The notes beneath the pieces are model-generated. The model was not told the DNA's origin. It did no database searches and saw only the letters and a list, made by a program, of their open reading frames with translations. The position numbers and the translations under genes were made by a program. A DNA stretch of 64,000 bases, taken from positions 4,109 through 68,108 of the forward strand of contig DYDB01000005.1 in assembly GCA_020718085.1 (NCBI GenBank). The letters run 5' to 3'. Below, piece after piece: positions 17,696 to 28,011 of the stretch (position 1 is its first letter; each line of letters begins with the position of its first letter). The stretch is from Micavibrio sp. (lineage in GTDB: Bacteria; Patescibacteriota; Minisyncoccia; Moranbacterales; GCA-2747515).

Positions 17696-20338
17696 CTACC
17701 CCGAACAACTCACGCACACATTCTCACTTTTTTGTACTTCCCCGGACAAACTACGCACATAATACACCGTTTTGATCTTTTTTTGCCATGCATGCATATA
17801 ATAATCATACAATTGTTTTGGGCTCGTGCGCGCAGGATTGATCATCCACTCAAAACTGATTGACTGATCCACCCACTGATAGATCACGCTCATCATATCG
17901 ATCACTTCCGTCATATCCATTGATACATATTCTTTGTAGTACCAATAATTTTCCTTATTTAGTTTTGGTGCAACACGCACGGTCGGTGCAGAGAGATTTG
18001 TTTCCACAAAATATCTCTTGTAAATAGGTAACAGTGCAGCTGTTGTTCCCACAACTCCCGCAGTTGATGTATTTGGTGCCGGAGCTGTATGATATCCAAA
18101 CCGTAAGCCTGTTTTTTTCATATCCGCAAAAAGTGATTTCCATTTCTCGCCTCGCTTTGTGTTTTTGACATACCATGCCTGTTTGCGACCCAAAAGAATG
18201 CCTTTGCTATATTCACTCCCTGAAAAAAGCTCATATGCACCACGCTCCTTAGCCAGATTTGCTGACGTGCGGTATGTATAATATGTATATTTTTCAAACA
18301 AAACGTTCACTGCATCACGCGCCTTTTGTGTCTCATATGCAATCTTACGTGTAGCCAAGTATTCTGCAAGTCCCAAAAAACCCAATCCCACACTACGATA
18401 TCTCATTGCTGTACGCTCCGCCTCTTGAATGGGATAGTAGTTGAGCGTGATCACATTATCCAATACGCGCATCACTGTCGGCACTACATCCGCAATCGTT
18501 TTTTCATCATAAACTTTTGCCACATTGATCGATGCCAAGTTACAAACAACAAAATCTCCAGGTTCGTATCGAATCACAATTTTTCCATCCTCGATCTTTT
18601 CCTCAATGAACTTTGACGGCGATGTATTCTGACAGATCTCTGTGCACAGTTGTGAGCTATAAATATTTCCTGCATGCTTATTTGGATTAACGGCATTGAT
18701 CGTATCACGGAAAAATGTATACGGCATGCCCGTTTCTACAGTTGCCTTGAGAAATTTTTTGAACAACTCTTTTGCATCCACCGTCTTTTTCAGTGAAAAA
18801 TCCTCTTTTTCCAATTTCTCATAAAATATATCGAAGTCTTTTCCAAAACAATCTTGTAATTTCTTGCCATGCTTTTTTTGAATTTCATATGGATCAAATA
18901 ATGTCCATTTTCCATTTTCTTGCACACGTCGCATGAAAAGATCAGGCACAGAAATTGCCGGAAAAATATCAAATGCTTTTGCACGAATGTCTCCCGTTTC
19001 TGTCTGCAGATCCAAAAAATCATAAATATCCGCGTGCCACACATCCAGCGTTACTGAAATTGCACCAAGACGCGATCCTAACTGATTTACCGCAATTGCC
19101 GTATCGTTGATAATTTTGACCCATGGATTTACCCCGCCTGATGAACCATATACACCACGAATCGCACTTCCACGTGCGCGAATATTACCCATATACACAC
19201 CCACACCCCCACCAAACTTTGAAATTTGCGCCATATTTTCAAAACTGTGATAGATCGCCCGCAGATCGTCATCCACATTTGCCTTGAAGCAGCTGGAGAG
19301 TTGATGATAATTTGTGCGTGCATTTAGCAATGTTGGTGTTGGCAATGATATGCGTTGCTGTGAACAGTGTTCGTAGATCTTAAATGCAAACTTTAAACGA
19401 TCCTCATCTTTTTCCGGAATTGCCAAAAAAAGTGCAACGGACATGTACATCTCCTGTGGCAATTCACGTATTACACCATTTGGATTGAGCAAATATCGCT
19501 TGTCCAAAGACAATACCGTCGTATATTCATACGACTTATCTGTGTCTTCGGAGAGAAGTTTTCCCGCTTCCAAAATATCTTTCTCAGAATAATATTTATA
19601 AAAATCCTTATAATACAAACCCTCCTCAATATACATGTCAAAAAGATCTTTATATGCTTGTGGTGTATAAAGTTCTTTCATTGTCATTTTACGATTACGT
19701 GTCGCCTTTTTATAGAGATTGCTCACAAAAACGCGTGCCGCAACATGTTGCCAGTGCGTATTTTCCACACTTACAAGATCAATGCATGTTTTAACAATGA
19801 GCTTATTAATATCAGACGTTTTTATATCCTCCACAATGTTCTTTTTGAATGCTTCCACAAATTCTTTAAATTTGCATTCTCTCCTATATCCAATCGTCGC
19901 ACGGTCAAAGACCTTTTTAATTTTATCAATATTAAAGGATTCTTTTTTACCATGATCTTTAATTACTTTCAACGTTTGGTGTTCAAATTGTTCTATGAGC
20001 AATTGTTCTTTTTTGGCACGATCTTCACTCCTCTCCGCTCGATACAAGATATACGCCTTAACCACCTCGTATTTGTTTACACGCACCAAATGTCGCTCTA
20101 CGATATCCTGCACTTCTTCCACCGTGATAATTGATTCGCATTGTTCCTCGCTATATACAAAATTGATTTCTTGCATAATGTCATCTGCAAGCGTCACAAT
20201 AAATGATTTATCACGCTCTCCCACTTCATCGCATGCTTTCTCTATCGCCCGTTCGATCCTGGCACGATCAAACGCAACGATCTTTTTATTGCGCTTTTCA
20301 ATTTTTGTTATTGTCATATGTTTGTGTTTAAGGGTCAA
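17696..20338 (-). CDS. nrdA: Ribonucleoside-diphosphate reductase alpha subunit with N-terminal ATP-cone
   Basis: ATP-cone segment 'IEKRNKKIVAFDRARIERAIEKA'. Active-site region 'SQLCTEI' and 'CNLASINV'. Confidence 0.9.
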   Translation of the reverse strand: MTLKHKHMTITKIEKRNKKIVAFDRARIERAIEKACDEVGERDKSFIVTLADDIMQEINFVYSEEQCESIITVEEVQDIVERHLVRVNKYEVVKAYILYRAERSEDRAKKEQLLIEQFEHQTLKVIKDHGKKESFNIDKIKKVFDRATIGYRRECKFKEFVEAFKKNIVEDIKTSDINKLIVKTCIDLVSVENTHWQHVAARVFVSNLYKKATRNRKMTMKELYTPQAYKDLFDMYIEEGLYYKDFYKYYSEKDILEAGKLLSEDTDKSYEYTTVLSLDKRYLLNPNGVIRELPQEMYMSVALFLAIPEKDEDRLKFAFKIYEHCSQQRISLPTPTLLNARTNYHQLSSCFKANVDDDLRAIYHSFENMAQISKFGGGVGVYMGNIRARGSAIRGVYGSSGGVNPWVKIINDTAIAVNQLGSRLGAISVTLDVWHADIYDFLDLQTETGDIRAKAFDIFPAISVPDLFMRRVQENGKWTLFDPYEIQKKHGKKLQDCFGKDFDIFYEKLEKEDFSLKKTVDAKELFKKFLKATVETGMPYTFFRDTINAVNPNKHAGNIYSSQLCTEICQNTSPSKFIEEKIEDGKIVIRYEPGDFVVCNLASINVAKVYDEKTIADVVPTVMRVLDNVITLNYYPIQEAERTAMRYRSVGLGFLGLAEYLATRKIAYETQKARDAVNVLFEKYTYYTYRTSANLAKERGAYELFSGSEYSKGILLGRKQAWYVKNTKRGEKWKSLFADMKKTGLRFGYHTAPAPNTSTAGVVGTTAALLPIYKRYFVETNLSAPTVRVAPKLNKENYWYYKEYVSMDMTEVIDMMSVIYQWVDQSISFEWMINPARTSPKQLYDYYMHAWQKKIKTVYYVRSLSGEVQKSENVCVSCSG

Positions 20339-20404
20339 AATAAGAGGTAACTATTCAAAGACGAACAGATACCCCCCATATGGCTCGTAAAGATTCTCTA
20401 AAAT

Positions 20405-21040
20405 TTAGATCTTTCCTACAAGGTTTATACCCGGCTTGAGAGTTTTATCCCCCGGCACCCATCTCGCAGGACAGACCTGACCTTTGTGTGTTTCCACAAA
20501 TTGTGCCGCTTGGATCTTTCGCACAAGCTCTTGTGCATTACGTCCGATGCTATTGTCATGCACCTCCATTGCTTTTAGCTCACCTTTTGGATTGATAATA
20601 AATGTTCCGCGAAGTGCAAGTCCTTCCTGTTCAATATATACACCAAAATCACGCGACAATTGACCGGTAGGATCTGCAGCCATTGGGAAAGACACTTTTT
20701 TGATCGCTTCTGATGTATCGTGCCATGCTTTGTGTGTGAAAACCGTATCTGTTGACACACTTACCACTTCCACGCCCATTTTTTTGAGTTGTGCATATAC
20801 AGCTGCCAAGTCCTCCAATTCTGTCGGACAGACAAATGTAAAATCTGCAGGGTAGAAAAACAATACGAGCCACGAGCTTTTGTTTAGTTTTGATAAAGAT
20901 GTTCTTGTAAATTTGTTGTTGTGATAAATCTCAAATTCACGATCAAAAACCACTTCACCAATTACCGGTTGACGATTGAAACATTCGCATGCATCATCAT
21001 AGTCATAGATCATTTCTTCCTCTGAACAACATGTATTCAT
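20405..21040 (-). CDS. Peroxiredoxin (AhpC/Prx1 family) with a Cys-rich N-terminal extension
   Basis: 'FTFVCPTE' carries the peroxidatic Cys. The resolving Cys is in 'GQVCPARW'. The N-terminal 20 aa 'MNTCCSEEEMIYDYDDACECF' is atypical. Confidence 0.85.
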   Translation of the reverse strand: MNTCCSEEEMIYDYDDACECFNRQPVIGEVVFDREFEIYHNNKFTRTSLSKLNKSSWLVLFFYPADFTFVCPTELEDLAAVYAQLKKMGVEVVSVSTDTVFTHKAWHDTSEAIKKVSFPMAADPTGQLSRDFGVYIEQEGLALRGTFIINPKGELKAMEVHDNSIGRNAQELVRKIQAAQFVETHKGQVCPARWVPGDKTLKPGINLVGKI

Positions 21041-21125
21041 ATGTTTTAATATTACTACTTAGGATTTATAATTGTAGCACCTCACAGTTCAACGTCAATG
21101 CCACTATTGGTGTTGTTACAAAACA

Positions 21126-21153
21126 AAAAAGCACATCATATTGTGCTTTTTCT
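21126..21153. terminator. Intrinsic terminator (agcacatcatattgtgct flanked by A and T runs) downstream of tatD
   Basis: Seen directly. Confidence 0.55.
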
Positions 21154-21178
21154 TGTTCTTGTGATTTTTGCAGCATAT

Positions 21179-22003
21179 TTACATATGAAAAAGCGCCATC
21201 GCATTTTCTGTTGTTTTTTGCAATACAACGTCAATTGAAACACCTTTGACATCAGCAATTTTTTTGGCCACATAAAACACATCGCACGGTTCACATCGCT
21301 GGTCTCGCGGCAATGGTCGCGGTGGCAAATAGGGACAATCCGTCTCAATTAAGATGTCTTGCAAATCAATATTTCGCAACAATTTATCATATGATTCACC
21401 ATATGTCACGATCCCATTCACACCAATCTTATACCCCATTGTGATGAACTTTTCCGCATTTTTCCAACTTCCGATATAGCTGTGGATGACACCTCGTTTT
21501 TCCACAACATTTTTCTCTAAAATAGTCACTAATTCATCATACCCATCCCAACAATGCACAACGATCGGTTTGCTCACCACATTACATATATTGATGAATT
21601 CTTTGAGAACCTCTCGCTGTTTTTCTTTGATCACCTCCACAGGATCTCCTTCACCAAAGTGGTGATAATCCAATCCGACCTCCCCAATTGCCACCACCTT
21701 GTCATCCTGTGCCAAATGAAAATAAAATTCACGGTCAAATTCTTCGATAAATTGATCTTCCGGCTCACAATTTTTTGCAGAAAACAAATGCAAAGGGTGC
21801 ATGCCGACTGTAGCAAAAATATCTTCCTCCACATGAGCCAGATCAATCGCCTCTTTTGATGTATGCTGATTTGTGCCTACCGTGATCATTCGCGTCATAC
21901 CAGCATTTTGCGCTCTCTGCACAACATCTGCGCGATCACTCTCAAAACGTGGATCATGTAAGTGTGTGTGTGAATCGATCATTGGTGTTTTTTTCTCATT
22001 CAT
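21179..22003 (-). CDS. tatD: TatD family metal-dependent DNase/hydrolase
   Basis: 'MIDSHTHL' N-terminal motif. Size 274 aa. Confidence 0.85.
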   Translation of the reverse strand: MNEKKTPMIDSHTHLHDPRFESDRADVVQRAQNAGMTRMITVGTNQHTSKEAIDLAHVEEDIFATVGMHPLHLFSAKNCEPEDQFIEEFDREFYFHLAQDDKVVAIGEVGLDYHHFGEGDPVEVIKEKQREVLKEFINICNVVSKPIVVHCWDGYDELVTILEKNVVEKRGVIHSYIGSWKNAEKFITMGYKIGVNGIVTYGESYDKLLRNIDLQDILIETDCPYLPPRPLPRDQRCEPCDVFYVAKKIADVKGVSIDVVLQKTTENAMALFHM

Positions 22004-22517
22004 ATTTTTTCAATAATAGATCGCTGTAAGACACTGAGACCAAATCCTCATCTACAATGCCAAATAAGTCAAGATAAAATTGGCACTGCTCCAATAATTT
22101 TTCCTTCCCGATGCTTCCATCGTCGTCGATTGCCTCTATTTCCACAAATGTTCCCAAATTCTCAACCACATCAATATGAAATTTCACATTATCAATGAAA
22201 TAAATCTCCCGTTTTTTGTCCACCACAACTAAAACACCACATGCTTTTGTCAAAATGTCTTTAAGAGTTGATTTTGGTTCGGATTCAAAAAGTGTGATAT
22301 CTGATCGTTTCGGACCTGACACATTTTCCCTCGTATAATGTATGAGCTTATTTTCTATATTTCCCTCTCGCAATTTTAACCTTCCGTCACCAACCTTAAA
22401 ATATGTGTCGATTTGATGATCTATACCTTTAAAATCAGCGTTTTTTGACTTCAAAATCTCTCTTACACGATCTTGATCATGTGATCGTGCCTTGATCTCT
22501 ATGTTGAGATGCTTCAT
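21996..22517 (-). CDS. CYTH domain protein (CyaB-like class IV adenylate cyclase or triphosphatase fold)
   Basis: The N-terminal 'NIEIKARS' matches the EIEIKxxx CYTH signature. Size 173 aa. Confidence 0.7.
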   Translation of the reverse strand: MKHLNIEIKARSHDQDRVREILKSKNADFKGIDHQIDTYFKVGDGRLKLREGNIENKLIHYTRENVSGPKRSDITLFESEPKSTLKDILTKACGVLVVVDKKREIYFIDNVKFHIDVVENLGTFVEIEAIDDDGSIGKEKLLEQCQFYLDLFGIVDEDLVSVSYSDLLLKKYE

Positions 22518-22529
22518 ATTTTTTTATAA

Positions 22530-23060
22530 TTACATTACACTTTTTTGCCACTTATGCAGTTCATCATATATGTCATCTTTCCATTCTTGTGGCTTGTAAT
22601 GAAAGATCATTTCAGCTGTCTTTACACAGTGATCCGTCAATTCTTTTGTATTATTTTGTGCCACATACCACCTAAAACTATCGATGATATCTGCCGTTTT
22701 GACGATCAGAGCTTCGTTTCCGCACATAACACACCGTGCGATCATATCATCAACAACATTATTACTATCGCGATCTTTTGTATTTGCGAGAACAATCGAT
22801 AACACCCACTCACCAAATATATCTTTAATTGCATTAGTAGACATATCTTCCCATTCAACGGTATCATGTAAAAATCCCCCAATAACAACTTCTTTTGCGT
22901 ATCCTCGATCATACAAATACATCCCCACACGCATTGCATGCATCAATCGTGGTTTGCGACTATCGCTTTCCGCAAGTGCTACATTTTTTGCCAAAAATTT
23001 TATTGCTTTTTCACACGCAATATCAGTTGTAACATCCATATTTTGATATAAACAAATCAT
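22530..23060 (-). CDS. HD domain phosphohydrolase
   Basis: 'HAMRVGMY...GGFLHDTVE' matches the H...HD motif. Confidence 0.7.
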   Translation of the reverse strand: MICLYQNMDVTTDIACEKAIKFLAKNVALAESDSRKPRLMHAMRVGMYLYDRGYAKEVVIGGFLHDTVEWEDMSTNAIKDIFGEWVLSIVLANTKDRDSNNVVDDMIARCVMCGNEALIVKTADIIDSFRWYVAQNNTKELTDHCVKTAEMIFHYKPQEWKDDIYDELHKWQKSVM

Positions 23061-23773
23061 TATTTTTTCATTGCTTGATTCTTCATTTTCTGGGGCATTT
23101 TCTCGATCGCATAGCGTAGTGCCGTACGTGGCATCCTTTCTTTATTCTTCATTACATATGCAAAAACTTCTTTTTGATGTGCTTCGCTTGCCACTTTGAG
23201 CATCCACCCATATCCTTTTTGTACCATATCATCGTCATCCATCAAAAGCATACCAGCAATCTCAAAGATCTCATTGAGAAATAATCCTTTTCGTGCTGGA
23301 ACAATTAAGGTGACTGCTGCCGCACGACGCACCCAACGATTTTTGGAACGCACCCACTTTTTGAGATAAGTAATATGTTTTGGATACATTTCCACAACTG
23401 TGCCAACTGTATGATTACACAACGTGTCACACATCGCCCAGTTGGTCACATAATTTTTTACCCACTTTTCAAATATACGAAAATCTCCGGATGTGTAATT
23501 TTTGCGCATTGCGTATGACCACGTACATGCAATACTCGCTTCCTCCATATATCCCGACTGCCACAATTCTTCACAGAGATCAAATATCTCCCTCTTTGAC
23601 AAATGTGCAATTTCTTTGAAGTATTTTTTGGCAATCGCAGTCACTGTAGCGGTTTTGATGCCATATAATTTCACATCTTCTTTGAAAAACCGTTCTCCAC
23701 TTTTTTTTATGACCGGATCAGCGCATTGTTTCAATTCTGCGCGCAACGCCACTAAAACCTTTTTTCTTACCAT
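23060..23773 (-). CDS. DNA alkylation repair protein (AlkD/AlkC-like HEAT-repeat glycosylase family)
   Basis: N-terminus 'LRAELKQCADPVIKKSGERFFKEDVKLYGIKTA' and the size are typical of the family. Confidence 0.7.
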   Translation of the reverse strand: MVRKKVLVALRAELKQCADPVIKKSGERFFKEDVKLYGIKTATVTAIAKKYFKEIAHLSKREIFDLCEELWQSGYMEEASIACTWSYAMRKNYTSGDFRIFEKWVKNYVTNWAMCDTLCNHTVGTVVEMYPKHITYLKKWVRSKNRWVRRAAAVTLIVPARKGLFLNEIFEIAGMLLMDDDDMVQKGYGWMLKVASEAHQKEVFAYVMKNKERMPRTALRYAIEKMPQKMKNQAMKK

Positions 23774-23791
23774 GATTTTTTATATAAGAAA

Positions 23792-24037
23792 TTACGCAAC
23801 GAATTGAAATCTCGGTTTTTCTGTCCCATCTATCATCACCGTCTCACAAAACATCCCTTTTGGTCGCACCCATAAGGCATTTTCCCCATATTCCGCACTG
23901 TCATAAAGTGCACGATACACCACCATTTCTTCCATCGTTTCGCTGTGTTGTGCTACACCGATCACCTCGTATAAATCTCCTTTATAATGCCGATATGTAC
24001 CAACCTTGAAGTTTTCCATAGATTTTATTTGAATCAA
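23792..24037 (-). CDS. DUF1653-like small protein
   Basis: 'YRHYKGDLYEVIGVAQHSET...VVYRALY' resembles DUF1653. Confidence 0.5.
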   Translation of the reverse strand: MIQIKSMENFKVGTYRHYKGDLYEVIGVAQHSETMEEMVVYRALYDSAEYGENALWVRPKGMFCETVMIDGTEKPRFQFVA

Positions 24038-24172
24038 TATTTTTAGTATACCACTCCATTATATATTTTGCTTTAAAAAACAAAAACCGCCCTTTATCCA
24101 AAAATAAGAGCGGCTTATATTTGTTCAACGCACGTTTCCCCTGAGGGGCCATCGTCTTTCATCATTTTACAA

Positions 24173-24448
24173 TTACGAATTATTTTGTTCTGCTAGTTGC
24201 GTTTTGGACTTTTCATCCATATGGAAATAATATGTACTGATCACCGTTCCTACTGCACATCCAAAGGCATACAAGAAGACCAATTGCCAATTATCAATAT
24301 CATCCACGATCTTTTGCAGTACATAGTACCAAATAAGAATATTTACCATCGTCACTGCACCACTGGCCACAACTCTGGTTTCAACAACCATTTTGGTCCA
24401 TAGAGTAACAATGATCATTTCCACAACTCCGACAAAAAATAGCACCAT
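24173..24448 (-). CDS. Small membrane protein (91 aa)
   Basis: Three hydrophobic helices. Confidence 0.4.
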   Translation of the reverse strand: MVLFFVGVVEMIIVTLWTKMVVETRVVASGAVTMVNILIWYYVLQKIVDDIDNWQLVFLYAFGCAVGTVISTYYFHMDEKSKTQLAEQNNS

Positions 24449-24722
24449 ACTGTTTTTACGTTAAATATTATGCGATTGTTAAATATCGACCTTTACACGC
24501 CATGTAAATCAAAAAACACTGACTCAATCCAATAAAAAAGCACTTTTTTTGCAAAAATGCCTATTTATGTAAGATTGTTCAAAGATTGTAGCAAAGATTA
24601 TCTCTTACGTCAATTCATAAATAAATTTAAACCAAAAGATCGTTCATTCGATCATTCATTCTTCACTCAACACCATATAGGAATGGCTCATACATCCACT
24701 TTTATAATGTCACGTTTACTTT

Positions 24723-26144
24723 TCATATCCGTCCAAAAAGAATTATGCGTTCACGTGTTTTCAACGCGCCCGTGATCTTTTCTGCTGATTCTGGCAAAAA
24801 AGGTAGCAACACATCTGCAATAACATGCAAGTCCTGCAATAGCGTAACCATGACTTCTTCAAATTTCTTCTCATCATTTTTACGCAACTCCCATGGCTTA
24901 TTGTCTTCAATAAATTTATTTGCCCGTGATACATGCTCCCAAACTTTTTCCAATGCATGATTTAATTGCATTGCACGCACATCTTCTGCAAGATCGATCT
25001 TTTCCGCTTTTTCCGCATCATACTGCAAATCTCCTGCAAGCGTAATAATGCGCGATGTGAGATTGCCCAAACCATTTGCCAGATCGGCATTGTATTTAGC
25101 TGTCATCTTGTCCCATGAAATATCATTATCCTCGCCAAAATTGCCTTTGGTAAGAAGGAGATATCGCGTACCATCCACGCCATATTTTTCCACCATTTCT
25201 TTTGGTGCGATCACATTGCCCAATGACTTGCTCATTTTTTGTCCATCCACGCCAATAAATCCATTGATGAAAACTTGTTTGCTCGTTGGCAAATCCGCCG
25301 CCATGAGCATTGCTTGCCACATTGCACTTTGTTGACGCAAATTGTCCTTTCCTGCAATTTGCACAGCATTTGGTGATTCAACAGTTCCCCAAAATTTTTC
25401 AAAGTTATCTGCATCCGTCGGCCATCCAAGCGTAGAAACATAATTTGTGAGCGCGTCAAACCACACATACATCACGTGATCATCATCACCCGGCACCGAT
25501 ACGCCCCACGGCATCTTTTCCTTGAGTCGCGAGATCGAGAAATCCTGTAATCCCCCCTCCACAAAGGATGCAATCTCATTCAGTCGTTTTTGCGGGACAA
25601 CAAATTCCGAATCTTTTTTATAAAGTACAAGAAGTTTTTCGGCAAATGCACTAAATTTGAAAAAATAGTTTTCTTCACTGATAAGCTCCAATTCTTTTCC
25701 CGGATGCAGAGGGCATTCTCCATCAACGAGCTCGCTATCAGTTTTTTCCAGTTCACAACCCACGCAATATTTTACACTATATTGTTTTTTGTAAATAAAT
25801 CCATTGGCATCCACACGACGCCACATTTCTTGTGCTGCCTTTTTGTGATGTATATCTGTTGTGCGTATAAAATGTGTATAGCTCAAATTCAAGATGTTTT
25901 TTAATTCATCGAATTTTGCCGCATATTTATCTACATATACTTGTGGATCCATTCCTTCTTCTGTGGCCTTTTGCCAGATCTTGCTCCCATGTTCATCCGT
26001 GCCAGTGTTAAAAACCACTTCATTGCCCGCATGTCGCTCAAATCGTGCACGTACGTCTGCATACACAATTTCACTGGCAAAACCCACGTGTGGTGCCGCA
26101 TTAACATATGGCAAAGTTGTCGTAATATAAAAGTTTTTGTTCAT
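24723..26144 (-). CDS. metG: Methionine--tRNA ligase (short form)
   Basis: HIGH-region 'PYVNAAPHVGF', the KMSKS motif 'KMSKSLGN', and Zn knuckle 'CVGCE...C'. Confidence 0.95.
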   Translation of the reverse strand: MNKNFYITTTLPYVNAAPHVGFASEIVYADVRARFERHAGNEVVFNTGTDEHGSKIWQKATEEGMDPQVYVDKYAAKFDELKNILNLSYTHFIRTTDIHHKKAAQEMWRRVDANGFIYKKQYSVKYCVGCELEKTDSELVDGECPLHPGKELELISEENYFFKFSAFAEKLLVLYKKDSEFVVPQKRLNEIASFVEGGLQDFSISRLKEKMPWGVSVPGDDDHVMYVWFDALTNYVSTLGWPTDADNFEKFWGTVESPNAVQIAGKDNLRQQSAMWQAMLMAADLPTSKQVFINGFIGVDGQKMSKSLGNVIAPKEMVEKYGVDGTRYLLLTKGNFGEDNDISWDKMTAKYNADLANGLGNLTSRIITLAGDLQYDAEKAEKIDLAEDVRAMQLNHALEKVWEHVSRANKFIEDNKPWELRKNDEKKFEEVMVTLLQDLHVIADVLLPFLPESAEKITGALKTRERIILFGRI

Positions 26145-26221
26145 AACGGTATGAAAAGAAGGATTATATCGTCAGCATACCCGAAAAACCGCATAAAATC
26201 AAGAAAAAACCACACTATTTA

Positions 26222-26250
26222 TTGACAATATGTCAATTTAGTGCTATAAT
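26222..26250 (+). promoter_or_regulatory. Consensus sigma70-type promoter: TTGACA, 17 nt, TATAAT
   Basis: ttgaca at 26222-26227 and tataat at 26245-26250, with an exact 17-nt spacer. It lies upstream of ORF 26320. Confidence 0.6.
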
Positions 26251-26319
26251 GCAAGGTTGTTTTTTATTTTTAGTAACTTAACATTCACATAACAAATCAC
26301 CTTACAAGAGAGGTATGTC

Positions 26320-26694
26320 ATGGGTACACTTGCAATTTCTCAACTCACAGCTTTTATCATCACAACAATCAACAACACGGCCTGCAACAAAAAAGATGTT
26401 CTGCGAAGGCTTCTGAGGTTTCATCAGGGTTTTATCTCTGATGCTGAAATTATCGAGATCATCGATTTTTACAAGAGAAAATCAGTAGTTATCGAGGCCG
26501 TCTTGTCCTCTGGTGCCTTGACCGAAGCTGCTGCATATCGCATGTTACAGCTGTTTCCTACAAAGAAACACTACCGAGATCTGGTAGATAAAACCTACGG
26601 ACACGCACAAGATGCATCCAAACAGTCAAAAGACTCTTTTTTCCCACAGCATGAAAGCATGTTTGATGGGAAAATGGTCAATGCACACGCCTAA
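26320..26694 (+). CDS. Hypothetical protein (124 aa)
   Basis: ORF downstream of the consensus promoter, followed by a strong terminator. Confidence 0.45.
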   Translation: MGTLAISQLTAFIITTINNTACNKKDVLRRLLRFHQGFISDAEIIEIIDFYKRKSVVIEAVLSSGALTEAAAYRMLQLFPTKKHYRDLVDKTYGHAQDASKQSKDSFFPQHESMFDGKMVNAHA

Positions 26695-26718
26695 CCACCC
26701 TTAAAGTGATCACAACAC

Positions 26719-26762
26719 ATCAGCACGGTTCATTAATTGAACTGTGCTGATTTCTTTTTTTA
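26719..26762 (+). terminator. Intrinsic terminator (atcagcacggttcattaattgaactgtgctgat followed by a T-run)
   Basis: 11-bp stem followed by TTTCTTTTTTT. Confidence 0.7.
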
Positions 26763-26813
26763 TACGATCAAACATGCTATAGTAGAGACACATAAATATC
26801 TAAATATATACCT

Positions 26814-27149
26814 ATGGTTACACCTCGCAATGAAGCCTCTGTCCCTGCAGAACAGTCACTCTCCTCTCCTGTTGTTGCGGCAATTTCCGAACTTGCAGGA
26901 TCACTTTTGAAACTCGCTCAGGATCGCATCGCTGATCGCATTGAAGAAACAGCCAATCGCATCACACACAATGCCATCATGACATTTACCGTTGTGTTTG
27001 TCGGCATTATCGGTGGTGTGTTCGTTCTCACAGGACTCGCTCTATGGCTCGGCTCGATCACAAAACTCGGCGCATGGTTTGGACTTCTGGTTGTTGGTGT
27101 GATTTTGTTCATCATCTCACTGATCATTGGGCTTGTACGTAAAAAATAA
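26814..27149 (+). CDS. Small membrane protein with two C-terminal TM helices (holin-like topology), hypothetical
   Basis: Two TM segments, 'TFTVVFVGIIGGVFVLTGLALWL' and 'GLLVVGVILFIISLIIGLV', and a basic tail. Confidence 0.4.
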   Translation: MVTPRNEASVPAEQSLSSPVVAAISELAGSLLKLAQDRIADRIEETANRITHNAIMTFTVVFVGIIGGVFVLTGLALWLGSITKLGAWFGLLVVGVILFIISLIIGLVRKK

Positions 27150-27195
27150 TCTTCTCGCATATTAAAAAACTCCCATGTCATGTAGGAGTTTTTAT

Positions 27196-27312
27196 TTTTG
27201 ACATTTCCATAAATTTTCATGTCATCTGAAAAAAGCTTGCCTACCGGCAGGCAGGTTCAGAATGACAAAAGTTTACGCGGGATTGCCACGCCCGCCATAG
27301 GCGGACTTGCAA
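27196..27312. repeat. Short palindromic interspersed element, copy 2 (inverted relative to 13003-13080): 'catgtcatctgaa...gcctaccggcaggcagg ttcagaatgaca...ttgcaatgaca'
   Basis: It shares the 'cctgcctgccggtaggca' core (as its reverse complement) and the GAATGACA termini with copy 1. Confidence 0.55.
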
Positions 27313-27324
27313 TGACACCCAGGT

Positions 27325-28008
27325 TTATTTATAGGCAATCACAACAAATTCTCCACGCACCTTATCCGCATGTTCTTCAAAATATGCCAAGACCTCTACT
27401 ACTGTGCCACGTACGATCTCTTCATGCATTTTTGTCAATTCACGTCCTACGATCACATGTATTTCTTCTTCTGATAATTCTTGAAGAAGTTGTAGATTTT
27501 TGATCACGCGATGCACACTATCATAATAAATTACCGACTCATCTGACGCGATCACTTTTTGAAAAAATGTTTGTCGTCCTTTTTTATGCGGTGGATACGC
27601 CAAAAAAAGAAATTTTTGCAGATCGATCCCCGCAACAGAAGCAATGGCTCCAAGTGCAGAAGCTCCTGGAATTGGTTCAATGCGCACACCCTGCGCAATT
27701 GCTGCTGCCACAAGTTTATTTCCCGGGTCGCTAATGCCTGGTGTACCAGCGTCTGTTACTACAGCAACATTTTTTCCATCAATGATTTCACCAATAATGT
27801 ATTGTGCCTTATCATCTGTTGTGTGCTGATGATAGGAGATGGTTTTTGTGCTGATCTCGTAATGACGCAATAATTTTATCGTCACGCGCGTATCTTCACA
27901 CGCGATAAGATCAACTTTTTTAAGCGTGTCGATCGCACGAAATGTCATGTCACTTAAATTGCCAATCGGCGTTGCCACGACATATAATGTACCGCTTATT
28001 TTTTCCAT
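27325..28008 (-). CDS. rsmI: 16S rRNA (cytidine1402-2'-O)-methyltransferase
   Basis: The tetrapyrrole-methylase-fold N-terminus 'LYVVATPIGNLSDMTFRAIDTLKKVDLIACEDTR' is present. Confidence 0.9.
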   Translation of the reverse strand: MEKISGTLYVVATPIGNLSDMTFRAIDTLKKVDLIACEDTRVTIKLLRHYEISTKTISYHQHTTDDKAQYIIGEIIDGKNVAVVTDAGTPGISDPGNKLVAAAIAQGVRIEPIPGASALGAIASVAGIDLQKFLFLAYPPHKKGRQTFFQKVIASDESVIYYDSVHRVIKNLQLLQELSEEEIHVIVGRELTKMHEEIVRGTVVEVLAYFEEHADKVRGEFVVIAYK

Positions 28009-28011
28009 ATA

